A stretch of 62,412 bases of DNA, filler included, from an uncultured bacterium (GTDB taxonomy: Bacteria > Auribacterota > CAZIXI01), in the NCBI GenBank assembly GCA_964543115.1. It is 7 parts of 7 records of this genome, joined end to end, with 100 filler letters (N's around TTAATTAATTAA, not from the genome) between each part and the next. Parts side by side here need not be neighbours in the genome. Positions count along the whole stretch, not along the records: positions 8,960 to 17,813 come from CAZIXI010000139.1; positions 17,914 to 26,757 come from CAZIXI010000140.1; 5 more parts are not named here. One strand, 5' to 3'. Under the pieces are notes generated by a model that did no database searches, was not told the DNA's origin, and saw nothing but the letters and a program-made list of their open reading frames with translations. Within the stretch, counting starts at the first letter, position 1, and the number at the start of each line of letters is the position of its first letter. This document shows positions 9,418 through 19,667 of this stretch, piece after piece. Position numbers and translations under genes: made by a program.

Positions 9418-10045
9418 TGGCCTTTCTAATTACCAGATAGCCGTTATTCGGGCCGGGAACAGCGCCTTCAATCAGCAGGAGATTCTTTTCCTTATCCAAT
9501 TTTACCAGCTTTAAATTCAGCACGGTTACCTGGGCATTTCCGTGCTGGCCGGCCATTTTCTTGCCTTTGATTACCCTGCCCGGGAAAGAGGACATCCCGA
9601 TTGAGCCGCCGTGACGGTGGTATTCATGTACGCCGTGTGAGGCCTTACCACCCTGAAATCCATGCCGTTTCATTACTCCGGTAAAACCGCGGCCCTTGCT
9701 GGTACCGGTGACATCCAGAAAATCACCTTCATTAAACACTGTATCCAGCGTGACACTTTCACCCTGCTTATAAGGTTCCAATTCCTTTTCTGTCAGCCGG
9801 AATTCGTGCAAAACCTTTTTGGGTGTGGTTTTGGCCTTTTTAAAATGGCCCTGCAGCGGTTTAGTGGTTCTTTTGGCGCGCTTTTCATCAAAGCCCAGCT
9901 GTACGGCGGTATATTTATCTGTTTTCTCGGTTTTTAACTGGGTAATGGTACAAGGCCCTGCCTGAACGGCAGTTACCGGTATCAAAGTGCCATTTTCAGT
10001 AAAAATCTGCGTCATTCCTAATTTTTTTCCAATCATCCCAAGCAT
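9404..10045 (-). CDS. rplC: 50S ribosomal protein L3
   Basis: MIGKKLGMTQIF, DVTGTSKGRGFTGVMKRHGF and GRVIKGKKMAGQHG motifs. Confidence 0.97.
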   Translation of the reverse strand: MLGMIGKKLGMTQIFTENGTLIPVTAVQAGPCTITQLKTEKTDKYTAVQLGFDEKRAKRTTKPLQGHFKKAKTTPKKVLHEFRLTEKELEPYKQGESVTLDTVFNEGDFLDVTGTSKGRGFTGVMKRHGFQGGKASHGVHEYHRHGGSIGMSSFPGRVIKGKKMAGQHGNAQVTVLNLKLVKLDKEKNLLLIEGAVPGPNNGYLVIRKAIKKK

Positions 10046-10257
10046 GAAACTACCTCCTTAATCCGCCTTCGCATTCGCTACGGCGGACTTGAAAGCTTCA
10101 GGTCAATTCCTCGTAGCTTGCTGTGAAACAGAGCAGTCTATAGCCATTCCAATAATGGCAGCCCCAAGCGGAGCTTGGGGTCCAGGGTTTGCCCTGAGGA
10201 TTATCCCTTTGAGTAATCAAGTCTGGTTATATTATCCATTTTGTCTTCCCCTGTCAA
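10046..10257 (-). promoter_or_regulatory. rplC promoter and structured 5' leader
   Basis: TTGACA (10252-10257)-N17-TAATAT (10229-10234), followed by a closing stem and four hairpins between 10203 and 10105. GGAGG RBS at about 10052-10058. Confidence 0.55.
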
Positions 10258-10383
10258 TATAAAAGATAAATTTTCTTGGCTACTTGACAAACTGCTAGTT
10301 GTAAGGCATATTTATATATATTACTACATAAGTCTTTAATCATTAATATCTTTGCTTTGTAAAGCAAAGATTGGGGGGTATTT

Positions 10384-13300
10384 GTGTGCTTGACCATAGG
10401 GGCATACCTACAGCAAAAAGCTTCCAGATGGATCAAATCTATTATTCATACTGTAGTATTTTCTCTTCTTATTTCTTCAACTAATGTTCTGGCGCTGGCC
10501 CCCTGGCGGGAGGCTGGAGATATGAGTAAAATGGCTGAATACAGGGAGGAGAGTGGCCGGCTTGAGAGTGATTGCCGGGATGGATTTATCCAATCGCGGG
10601 GTGGGCAGGCGTCACTGGATTTGCAAAGGATCCGGGAAGAAGAACGGGAGAAATTAACACCGGTGGAATTGGAGAATTTTGCGGAAATAAGGGACTATAT
10701 TCAAGAAAGAATCTCTGCTTTCGAAGAACAGATAGCGGAGATGGCTGCAGATAAACGGGAATGGCCGGAGAAACGTTTGCAAGTGGCCAGGGAAGGTTTA
10801 GAACGCCTGCAGCGAATATATGAGAGCGGCGGTTTCTATTCATTTGCCGGCTTTATTTATCATACAGAGGATTATGCCTTAGCCTATGGCAGTGAGGGTG
10901 AAATAGGGATAGCGGAAGAATTATTAAGTTTGCCGTTGCCGTTATTAGCGGAATTATTATTTCATGAAGCAGTCTGTTTTAAAGAGAAACATTGGGAAGC
11001 AAAGATGATCCAGCAGGGAATATTCAGGGAAAATTATCTTGATGCGCAGGGGAGGAAAATAAATAAGTTGGGACAGGTAATCCGGGAATTAATTGATAAC
11101 ACTGCCCGGCAGCAGGATGGGGTGGATCCATTTGCTTTGTTTGCGGATATTCTTGGTTCTCCGGCTGGTATTCAGCCGGTTTTTATTGATGAGGGGCAAT
11201 ACGGCAGTGATAATTTAAAGAAAACATTAGAAAAAGCCCTGCCGGGAGCGGAAACCCTGCTTTTTGCCGGCTCGCTTGATTTTATCAGTTTATACAGGCA
11301 GTGTGTTAGCCTTCCGCAAGACGGAGAGTGGATGAAAAGCCTGATTCCCAAGATCAAGGTATTGGTTACTAAAGAAAATGGTATAGTGGGGGTAAGTGGT
11401 GTGAGCGCGGAAACAAATGAAAAAATCAAGGCGATGTTAACTACGAATGAGCCGCAATTAGTGGAATTGTGGTCCTTATTTTGTGTCTTGCAACTGGCGG
11501 ACTCCGGATATGAAGGGCTGGAAGATATGTTGGATAATTTCTTTCAGCAGCGGGAACCGTTATTTTCTTTTGCGGAATTGCGGGGGATGATCCGGGTTTT
11601 ACAGAGACATAAGCAAGAATATGAGCAATGGGAGGAAGATAATGAACATCGGGTGTCACACAGGAGTGTAAGTAAGCAGACAACTGAGGAACGGGAGGAG
11701 AGACAACATTACGAAAATGAAAGATATACAATAAGAGAGCAGCTGGAAGATGAAGAAAGGAGCCTAAAAGCATTACTGGAGCTGTTGCCGGAAGAATTAT
11801 TAACTAGTTATATTAAAAAACTAATTTTAACTGCGGAGATGAAAAGTAGGGATTTGTTGAGAATATTGGAGAATTTAATCAAGGATGAGGATGGTTATCA
11901 CGATGGAGAACGGTTGCTGGATCTGCTTTGGCGGATTTATCTGCAAAGTGAAAATACCAGCAGTGAAAATGAATGTTTGCGGGAGTTTTTACTCTTGGCT
12001 TGCAGTGATATTTATAAGGGTGTGAAATCAGCGTTTAGAAGTATTAGTGATGTTTTTACCCAGGGAAATTTGAATCAAGTATATTTGGCAATGGATGTTT
12101 TATTGCGTCTGCCGGCGGATAAAGACAAATTGGATCATTTATTTTCCCTTTTAGGAAGTGTACGCTACAAAAAAGAGGTGTTGGCCGCTTATTGTTTATT
12201 AAATATTACCCTGTTTGGGATTAAGGATGAATATCTTAGTACTAGTGCTAGCACTTTTGTCAGTTCACTGCCCAATCCGTTATTTGAACTGCTTAATTCG
12301 GAATCACGCTTTATTTACTATTATTTGCGCAAAATGCAGGAGGCGCGTAAACGCGGAGGGTCACTGAAATATGACGCGGATAGAAGGATTTATGCGATGA
12401 CCAAGGCGCTGGATGGCGATGCCTTTGCTCCGGGTCAAAAAGGAGATACCTGGTTTAGCAGTTTGCGCCGCCGGGTACATAATTATTCCAGTGCGCGGGA
12501 TTTGCGGTTAATTAGCGGAGTGCTCTACTACTGGAAGGAACTGCAGGAAGAGATTATTGCGGATCCTGATAATGGTTTATTGTCAGCTGTGAAGGAGAGT
12601 ATAGGGGAGGATACTAGCCAGCGTTACTCGAATTTGCTTAACCGCGCCTTAGCGCAATTGCAGGCCCAGGGCAAGATTTCTTCTCTCGTTGGAGATGATT
12701 TTCTCTCTGAAATTACTGATGTTGCGGAAGATGAGGTGCTGGCAGTAGTGGAACAGGTGAGCAAAGATATTTTAGAAGAGGAGTTAGCCAAGGCGGAAAA
12801 AGAATGGGAAAAAAGGAATATTCGTTTTCAGCAGCAAGATGATTTAGAAAAGATTCAGCAAATGATTATTCTTTTTTATGCCTTAACGGAACGTTACGGA
12901 GTGATTGGCGCAGCAATTGTTCCCAAGATTAGGGGAGAAGTAGGTGCAGAGTATGCGGGTGAACGCGCCTGGAATATAAAGAAAATGCGGATAATTACCG
13001 GTTTCATGAGTGAAGATTATCAGGCGTTGTTGTCAGCCATTGAAGGAAATGATCAGCGGGAACTGCTGCGCTGCATTTCTCAGTGCCGCCTGCAGCTCCG
13101 CAATCATCTGCTCTTTGATAAGATAGAGCAAATGGAACATATCCAAGAGGAAGAAATCAAAGATACCCTGCTGGAATTAGATTTTAATCTTTATCTTCTG
13201 GGTAAGGAATTACTAGTAGAGTTATTGGGAGAGATCAACCGCTGTGAAACAATGGCGGATTTAAGGGAAGAGATAGGCACGCTTGTTTCTATGGGTAAAT

Positions 13301-16300
13301 TTATTCTGGCTTCTGGTTTGGGCGGGGTGGAATTTGAGCAGTTTGTTTATGAGCTGGAGCATGGCCGGCTGAAATATTCCCAACTTCATGACCTGGTGCG
13401 CGCCCTGGGCACAGAGGTGCATAAAATCAGCCGCCAGCTTAATGAACAGATGCGTTTTGCCAGCCGGCATATCTGGGATAATTTGGAATTCTATAAGTTA
13501 TCAGAGGAATGGCAGGAAAGATTGGATACGGAGTTAGTGAAAAATAAATACGGACATGATGAGCCGGTAGTAACGCCAAAGGGTAGAATAGAGGCGGAAC
13601 AGGGAATAATAGACGGACTGCTTACCGATATCCGCATCCTGGTTTTTGATGATGTGCTGGCCAAATTTAACGAGATACTGGAAGTGGAATTGGCAGCGGA
13701 GAATGATGAGTTGGTTAGCGAGCAGAAACCGGAGGATTCATTTGTGCTGGCGGATCAGTTTTTCCGTTTTGGCCAGCCGGAAGTCGAGCTCGGCTCGCCG
13801 CGGCAGCGGCTGCTTTCCCGCTGGAGTAAGAAGGGGCTTAATCTGGTTAAGATGACGGAAGAAGAGGTAGCGGTGCCGCCGGGTGTGGTTATCAGCGCGG
13901 AACTGGTTACTGATCCGGAGATTTTTCATTCTCCGCCGTTTCAAGAGCAGGTAGAAGCGGAGATTGAGGAGATCCGTAAGCATTCACTCTATCCGGACCT
14001 GAAATTTCTGCTTTATGTGCGCAGTGGTTCGGCTTTCTCTTTACCGGGATTATTAACCACAATTCCTAATATGGGGATGAACGATGAGGAAGCGCGGAAA
14101 CTGGCGGAACAGACGGGGGACGAATGGTTTGCCTATGATACCTACGCAGAGTTTATCCGGGCCTTTGCTATTTATATCCTGGGTATTCCGGAGGAATATT
14201 TTCAGGAGGCCTTTAATGTTTATGATAAGGACAGCCTGAGCGGGGAAGAAATGAAACAGGTAGTGGAGCGGTACAAAAGGGTTGTTCAGGAACACGGCCA
14301 TGGGCGGCAGATTCCGGAACAAATGATTGATCAAGTGATGATGGCAATTGACGCGGTTTATGCCTCCTGGGATTCAGCGGAGGCGCAGGAATACCGTTTG
14401 CGGCACCGCATTTCCCCAGAATGGGGTACAGTGGTTATTCTACAAAAGGGAGTATTTGGCAACCTAACGGAAAAAGACGGCCGTATTTCCGGATCGGGCC
14501 ACGCGGCCCTGCGGGTATTGCCGGACGGCCGGGAAGTGGTGCAGGGAAGATTTCGTATCCGCGGTATGGGTCATGATCTGATGAGTAGGTCGCTAAATTA
14601 TATTTATTTAAGTAATACGGAACGTGATCCGGATGCTGAGGTAAAGGAACGCACACTGGAAGATGAATATCCAGAAACTTATCAGGCGCTGTTGGAACAG
14701 GGGCATAGATTAAAAGAGATTTTTGGTAATAACCAGAAATTTGAGTTTACCATAGAACTAGGTAAAGTTTGGGTTACGCAGTGCAGTGATGATTTTATTA
14801 AGGATGATTATCCGGAATTTATGGATTTAGTGGAAAATACTGTTATTGGCCGCGGACGCGGGGTTAGCGGCGGTGCTTTTCGCGGCTGGGTGGCTAATTC
14901 CGTTTCTCAGGCGGAGGAATTGTTGGCGCGTTTTGAGATTGAAAAACCCGCGGATGTGGATGGTGTGATCCTCTTTCTGGACCGGGTAAATCCGGAAATG
15001 ATCAATATGCTGCCGCCGGACGTGGCGATTTGCGCGAAAAATATCTCTGTGCATGCGGAAACCCTAGCGCAGAAATACGGGATCAGCGCTGTTTACGGGA
15101 TTGTGCAGATGAAATATGAACAAGAAGAAGATAATTGGTATGTGGGTGAGCAAAAAATGACTACCGGGATGATAATCAGTATTGACGGTCATGAGAATCA
15201 ACTGGTCTATCATAATAGCGGCCGCATTTTTCTGGGTAGTGTATCGCTGGCGGCGGAAGAAGATGAAAAGACAGAGGTGGAACGGCGCAGTCCGCGTGCC
15301 CTGGACCGGATCAGGGAACTTAAAGAACGTGAACAGCGGGAAGCGGCTCTGCGCAAGGAACGGCTGGTTCTGACCAGATTTGACCGGGAGATTATTGCCC
15401 AGTTTGAGAAGTTTATAGCCGGTGATATCAAGTGGGGTCTGCTTACCCGTTATCGGATCCGTTATCAGCTGCTGATGGATAAGTTTGCCCGGTTTTGTGA
15501 ACCGCTTGATTTTGAGCTTTATGGCGAAGGGTTTAGCTGGCAGTTAACGGAAAGACTGGCTTTGTGGAATATTTCGTTAGAGTTGTTTCTGCAGTTAGAT
15601 AAACATTTTCAGCCGCGTGGTGCGGGGCATAAAGAGATATTGCGTAATGTTCTTTATCGCCTTAATTATCAGCCGCCAGTGCAAACACGCCCAGATACGA
15701 TAACGGTTTATGACGGCGCAGGGGAGGAAGAGACACTGGTTATTGCCGATCTCCTGGGAGATCGTTTTCAGGGAAGAAAATATTTTATCCTTAATCCCTT
15801 ACCGCCGGGCATTAAACTGGTTTCTTTTGATCTGGATTGTCTGTTGTATGAGGGGATGCGCACGATTGAAGAAGTAGTAGAGATTTTCGGCCGGGTAAAG
15901 GCACTTGGGTACCAGACCGCGCTTACTACCACAAATCCTGATATAACCAGATGGAGTTATTTGCATAAACAACTGCGCGGGGTGGTTGATTATATCCATT
16001 ATGCTCCGCGTACTATTGATCTTACGCATTATGTTGCCGAACTGGGTCTTAAACCCAATGAAATCATCCATTTTGGTGAATTTGATCTGTCAAGATTTTT
16101 CAGCGCTGGTGAGTCGTTACATGAACAGGGATTTCTTACAGCTTATGTCAGAACAAGGATCCTTACGCTGCCGTTTGAGGAGATTATTGCTAAGCAAATC
16201 GACGCGGTCATTTCCGGCAGGTTTACGGTTGAAGATATTTTAACTATCCTGCAGTCAGCGGATGAATGCGGGAAGCTAGAAGTTAGTGAAGAAAGGCCGG

Positions 16301-16317
16301 CGGAAGAAAGCCTATGA
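10384..16317 (+). CDS. 1977-aa signal-peptide-bearing multidomain protein: PPDK-like ATP-grasp + phospho-His domain + HAD-like domain, no pyruvate-binding barrel
   Basis: SKKGLNLVKM...VPPGVVI...VRSGSAFSLPGLLTTIPNMGMND aligns with ppdK in this window. GVSGGAFRG...SVHAE is a mobile His domain (His codon at 15052). VSFDLDCLL is a HAD motif I at 15829-15837. Confidence 0.8.
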   Translation: MCLTIGAYLQQKASRWIKSIIHTVVFSLLISSTNVLALAPWREAGDMSKMAEYREESGRLESDCRDGFIQSRGGQASLDLQRIREEEREKLTPVELENFAEIRDYIQERISAFEEQIAEMAADKREWPEKRLQVAREGLERLQRIYESGGFYSFAGFIYHTEDYALAYGSEGEIGIAEELLSLPLPLLAELLFHEAVCFKEKHWEAKMIQQGIFRENYLDAQGRKINKLGQVIRELIDNTARQQDGVDPFALFADILGSPAGIQPVFIDEGQYGSDNLKKTLEKALPGAETLLFAGSLDFISLYRQCVSLPQDGEWMKSLIPKIKVLVTKENGIVGVSGVSAETNEKIKAMLTTNEPQLVELWSLFCVLQLADSGYEGLEDMLDNFFQQREPLFSFAELRGMIRVLQRHKQEYEQWEEDNEHRVSHRSVSKQTTEEREERQHYENERYTIREQLEDEERSLKALLELLPEELLTSYIKKLILTAEMKSRDLLRILENLIKDEDGYHDGERLLDLLWRIYLQSENTSSENECLREFLLLACSDIYKGVKSAFRSISDVFTQGNLNQVYLAMDVLLRLPADKDKLDHLFSLLGSVRYKKEVLAAYCLLNITLFGIKDEYLSTSASTFVSSLPNPLFELLNSESRFIYYYLRKMQEARKRGGSLKYDADRRIYAMTKALDGDAFAPGQKGDTWFSSLRRRVHNYSSARDLRLISGVLYYWKELQEEIIADPDNGLLSAVKESIGEDTSQRYSNLLNRALAQLQAQGKISSLVGDDFLSEITDVAEDEVLAVVEQVSKDILEEELAKAEKEWEKRNIRFQQQDDLEKIQQMIILFYALTERYGVIGAAIVPKIRGEVGAEYAGERAWNIKKMRIITGFMSEDYQALLSAIEGNDQRELLRCISQCRLQLRNHLLFDKIEQMEHIQEEEIKDTLLELDFNLYLLGKELLVELLGEINRCETMADLREEIGTLVSMGKFILASGLGGVEFEQFVYELEHGRLKYSQLHDLVRALGTEVHKISRQLNEQMRFASRHIWDNLEFYKLSEEWQERLDTELVKNKYGHDEPVVTPKGRIEAEQGIIDGLLTDIRILVFDDVLAKFNEILEVELAAENDELVSEQKPEDSFVLADQFFRFGQPEVELGSPRQRLLSRWSKKGLNLVKMTEEEVAVPPGVVISAELVTDPEIFHSPPFQEQVEAEIEEIRKHSLYPDLKFLLYVRSGSAFSLPGLLTTIPNMGMNDEEARKLAEQTGDEWFAYDTYAEFIRAFAIYILGIPEEYFQEAFNVYDKDSLSGEEMKQVVERYKRVVQEHGHGRQIPEQMIDQVMMAIDAVYASWDSAEAQEYRLRHRISPEWGTVVILQKGVFGNLTEKDGRISGSGHAALRVLPDGREVVQGRFRIRGMGHDLMSRSLNYIYLSNTERDPDAEVKERTLEDEYPETYQALLEQGHRLKEIFGNNQKFEFTIELGKVWVTQCSDDFIKDDYPEFMDLVENTVIGRGRGVSGGAFRGWVANSVSQAEELLARFEIEKPADVDGVILFLDRVNPEMINMLPPDVAICAKNISVHAETLAQKYGISAVYGIVQMKYEQEEDNWYVGEQKMTTGMIISIDGHENQLVYHNSGRIFLGSVSLAAEEDEKTEVERRSPRALDRIRELKEREQREAALRKERLVLTRFDREIIAQFEKFIAGDIKWGLLTRYRIRYQLLMDKFARFCEPLDFELYGEGFSWQLTERLALWNISLELFLQLDKHFQPRGAGHKEILRNVLYRLNYQPPVQTRPDTITVYDGAGEEETLVIADLLGDRFQGRKYFILNPLPPGIKLVSFDLDCLLYEGMRTIEEVVEIFGRVKALGYQTALTTTNPDITRWSYLHKQLRGVVDYIHYAPRTIDLTHYVAELGLKPNEIIHFGEFDLSRFFSAGESLHEQGFLTAYVRTRILTLPFEEIIAKQIDAVISGRFTVEDILTILQSADECGKLEVSEERPAEESL

Positions 16318-16339
16318 GCGAGGTCTGACCTCGCTCATA
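16313..16339. repeat. REP-like palindrome, same core as the RAYT-flanking REPs
   Basis: TATGAGCGAGGTC-T-GACCTCGCTCATA, a perfect 13-bp stem with a 1-nt loop, overlapping the stop codon of the giant gene. Confidence 0.75.
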
Positions 16340-16357
16340 TTGTTGGGGGGTATAGTT

Positions 16358-17813
16358 TTGTTGAGGAAGATTGTTGTAATTATTATAGTGTTGTTTATGG
16401 TGTTTCCGGGAGATGTTCTGGCCCTGGCGCCCTGGCGCGGGGCGGGGGATATGGCGGAACTGAGCGGAGAGGCGGTAGATGAGCCGATTGAAGAAATAGT
16501 AGCAGATTTTTTTGCCAGTCATTCAGGAAGGGGAGGGGAACCGCAAATGGAAGATATATTCCGCACTATTGCTGAATTAACACTAGGGGAACAAATGCGG
16601 CCGGAGCAGTTATTCAGTGTTGATAGGAGAAATTCGGGAGAAAAATACACTTTTGTTATTGCTTCGCCAAATGCTGCTCATCACCGGGACGATACAATGC
16701 GTGATACGCTTATGTATAGAGAATTTCTGGATTCTCCTGCTGGGCAGGTGTTAATGAGTATTCGTGAGATGCCGGAAATGTTTCAAGGACCGGCTTTACT
16801 AAGCTGGCAGGAGGATTTTGGGGAAGATATCATAAAGTATCAATCTCTCTGGCAGCGTGTGCGCGGAACCCCGGCAGAATTGATTAGTGAGTTTCGTGTG
16901 GAGATGTTAAGAAACTATCAATCTGCAAAAGTAAAATATCCGGATTTAAATATAATTCCTGATCATGCCATGAGCTGGCTCAGTTTGCTGGGTCTGCAGC
17001 CGCTGGCAGAGGGATTCGTTCCTGCTGATATCAGGGACATTGTTAAAAAATTAAAAAAGAAAGGGATTGAGGTTGAAATTGTCCAGCTTAGCACCAGTAA
17101 ATTCAAATGGCCGCGAGATCTGATTGCCTGGCTAGATGAAAATCGTTATGTGAAGAGTAAATTGTGGCAGGCCGGGCACACGATTAGTAATGGAGGAATG
17201 TTTGTGCCGGGAGCGGGTAAGCAGGGGAAATTTTTGTTTGTTTCCGATGAAGTGCCGCCCGAACAATTGGAGTGGTTACGTCAGCAGTCTCTGAATTTAC
17301 GAATTGAGGTAATTCATTCTGGTTTTGTTACGATTAAGCATAAAGGAGAATTGTATCATAATGCTACTCCCCATATAGATTCTGTTATTGCCTTTATTCC
17401 GGGAGAACTCAGCAGAAATGGCCGGGGCAAATTGTTAGTTGATCCTCAGTATCTGAACTTTGCCGGAGATAGGCTGCGGCTTTTTGCTGAGCAAGAAGAC
17501 TTAGAGATTGTTACCGTGGCTGAAAATGAGTTACATCTGCAAATGACTAATTGTGTAGTAATAAATGGGCAGTTGATAATTAACAATGGCCCGGAGACAA
17601 TAAAAAAATTGAAACTGAAAGAGGGAGTGGCGATTTACCCGGATATTCCCAATACGGAATTGGTCTGGGCCGGTGGTCTTTATCGTTGTTTGAGTAATGT
17701 TCTGCCGGAATCTTTGTTGGCTAATTTAATGACGCAGGACCTGGATGTTTCTCTGGACCCGGAAGAGCTGGTGCGTTCCCTGCATCTGCAAGCCTTTTGC
17801 GGTCAGGAACCGG
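16358..17813 (+). CDS. Secreted pentein-superfamily (amidinotransferase/deiminase-like) enzyme, 3'-truncated
   Basis: Likely TTG start at 16358 after a GGGGGG RBS, with a signal peptide. Motifs WPRD, NGG, HID and C-terminal AGGLYRCLS containing the catalytic Cys. Confidence 0.68.
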
Positions 17814-17913
17814 NNNNNNNNNNNNNNNNNNNNNNNNNNNNNNNNNNNNNNNNNNNNTTAATTAATTAANNNNNNNNNNNNNNNNNNNNNNNNNNNNNNN
17901 NNNNNNNNNNNNN
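17814..17913. other. Artificial contig spacer
   Basis: N44-TTAATTAATTAA-N44. Confidence 0.99.
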
Positions 17914-18334
17914 AGGACATCCGTTCGATGCCGGTTTTTTTGGCCAGGCCCTTTACTGATTCATCGTTAAGACCAAGATTGAGCACGGTATTCATCATTC
18001 CCGGCATAGAAACCGCCGCGCCGCTGCGCACTGAAACCAGCAAAGGATTATTGGAATCTCCCAACTTGGCACCCATCGCTTCTTCCAGCTTGGCAATCCC
18101 GCAATCGATCTGGGCCTGCAAATCCTGCGGATATTTTTGCCCGTGTGAATAGTAATAATCACAGACATCGGCAGAAATCGTAAAACCCGGAGGAACCGGC
18201 ACCCCGATACTGGTCATCTCAGCCAGATTGGCACCTTTACCGCCCAATAATGCCTTCATCTCTTTCTTGCCGTCCGCCTTACCCTTACCAAAAGAATAAA
18301 CAAACTTTTTCGTTTTTGTCGCACATGTGGCCAT
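17914..18334 (-). CDS. ppdK: Pyruvate phosphate dikinase, N-terminal part
   Basis: [25 protein letters not shown] and [18 protein letters not shown]. The start at 18334 follows a GGAGG RBS. Confidence 0.93.
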
Positions 18335-18356
18335 TTTTGTTTCCTCCTTTTTTCTT

Positions 18357-19667
18357 CTAGTTTTCAATTCTTTTCCTTAGTTCATTCACCAGATTATCTA
18401 TATTAATCCTTACCTGCTCCATACTATCCCGCTCACGAATAGTCACTGATTGATTTTTCAGGGTATCGGAATCTACAGTAATACAGTAGGGAGTACCAAT
18501 CTCATCCTGCCGGCGGTACCGGCGGCCAACGGAGCCGCCGCTGTCATAAAAAACTTTATAGTGCGGCCGCAATAATGCCGCCACTTTTTTCGCCAGCTCC
18601 GGCATCCCGTCACGATTAACCAACGGAAAGATCCCGGCTTTGATCGGGGCAATTTTCGGGGAAAGCCCCAGCACCACCCGCTCTTCCTCTTCGCGGTAGG
18701 CATCTATGAGACAAACCAGCAGGCCGCGATCAACCCCGGCGGAAGTTTCGATAATATAAGGGAGATACCGTTTGCCGGCCTGGTCATCAAAGTACTGCAG
18801 GTCTTTACCGGAATGTTCGGTATGTTTGCCTAAATCATAATCAGTACGATTATGAATTCCTTCTATTTCCTGCCAGCCGAACGGAAACTGGTACTGAATA
18901 TCAAAGGCCTTCTTGGCGTAATGGGCCAGTTCCTTATGATCATGCTGATAGAGTTTCAGTTTATCCTTTTTTATGCCCAGATCATAATACCACTGCAGCC
19001 GCTGGTCCTTCCAGTATTCCATCCACTTATCATCTGTTGCCGGATCAATAAAAAACTGCATCTCCATCTGCTCAAACTCTCTGGTGCGGAAAATAAAATT
19101 ACCGGGAGTAATTTCATTGCGGAAGGCCTTACCGATCTGGGCAATGCCAAAAGGGACCTTGCGCCGGGAAGAATTCACCACATTGAGAAAATTCACATAG
19201 ATCCCCTGGGCTGTTTCCGGCCGCAAATAAACAACACTGGCCTGCTCCTCAACCGGTCCCATATGGGTTTTAAACATCAGGTTAAACATCCGCGCCTTGG
19301 TCAACTCACCGCCGCAGGCCGGACAATTTTCTTCCGTAATATCAGTTGCTTTAAACCGTTGTTTACATCCTTTACAATCTACTAACGGGTCAGTAAACCC
19401 TTCCACATGACCGGAAGCCACCCACACCTGCGGGTGCATCAAAATACTGGCATCCAGCCCCTCAACATCATCACGGCGGTAGACCATTGAACGCCACCAG
19501 CACTGTTTAATATTATTCTTTAACTCTACCCCTACCGGACCATAATCCCAACAACTGCCGATTCCGCCATAAACCTCACTGGAAGGGAAAATAATCCCCC
19601 GCCGTTTACAAAGAGAGACCAGCTTGTCCATTACCGTGTTCGTGTTTTTATTCTTAGTTTTAGCCAT
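18357..19667 (-). CDS. glyQS: Glycine--tRNA ligase (homodimeric class II type)
   Basis: [46 protein letters not shown] and [14 protein letters not shown] anticodon domain motifs. Confidence 0.96.
   Translation of the reverse strand: MAKTKNKNTNTVMDKLVSLCKRRGIIFPSSEVYGGIGSCWDYGPVGVELKNNIKQCWWRSMVYRRDDVEGLDASILMHPQVWVASGHVEGFTDPLVDCKGCKQRFKATDITEENCPACGGELTKARMFNLMFKTHMGPVEEQASVVYLRPETAQGIYVNFLNVVNSSRRKVPFGIAQIGKAFRNEITPGNFIFRTREFEQMEMQFFIDPATDDKWMEYWKDQRLQWYYDLGIKKDKLKLYQHDHKELAHYAKKAFDIQYQFPFGWQEIEGIHNRTDYDLGKHTEHSGKDLQYFDDQAGKRYLPYIIETSAGVDRGLLVCLIDAYREEEERVVLGLSPKIAPIKAGIFPLVNRDGMPELAKKVAALLRPHYKVFYDSGGSVGRRYRRQDEIGTPYCITVDSDTLKNQSVTIRERDSMEQVRINIDNLVNELRKRIEN

Noticed and set aside
10180..10200. 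CAGGGCAAACC in the rplC leader resembling a c-di-GMP-I riboswitch
   Set aside because: The GAAA tetraloop hairpin and the GACGCAAAGC/receptor elements that should follow are absent. Here the motif simply closes a local hairpin.
16286..16357. ORF-track start overlapping the end of the giant gene
   Set aside because: It reads through the REP palindrome. The RBS and signal peptide support a TTG start at 16358/16361.
13825..18334. Apparent clustering of the PPDK-like giant gene with true ppdK
   Set aside because: They are on different contigs separated by the spacer at 17814-17913, so the adjacency is accidental.
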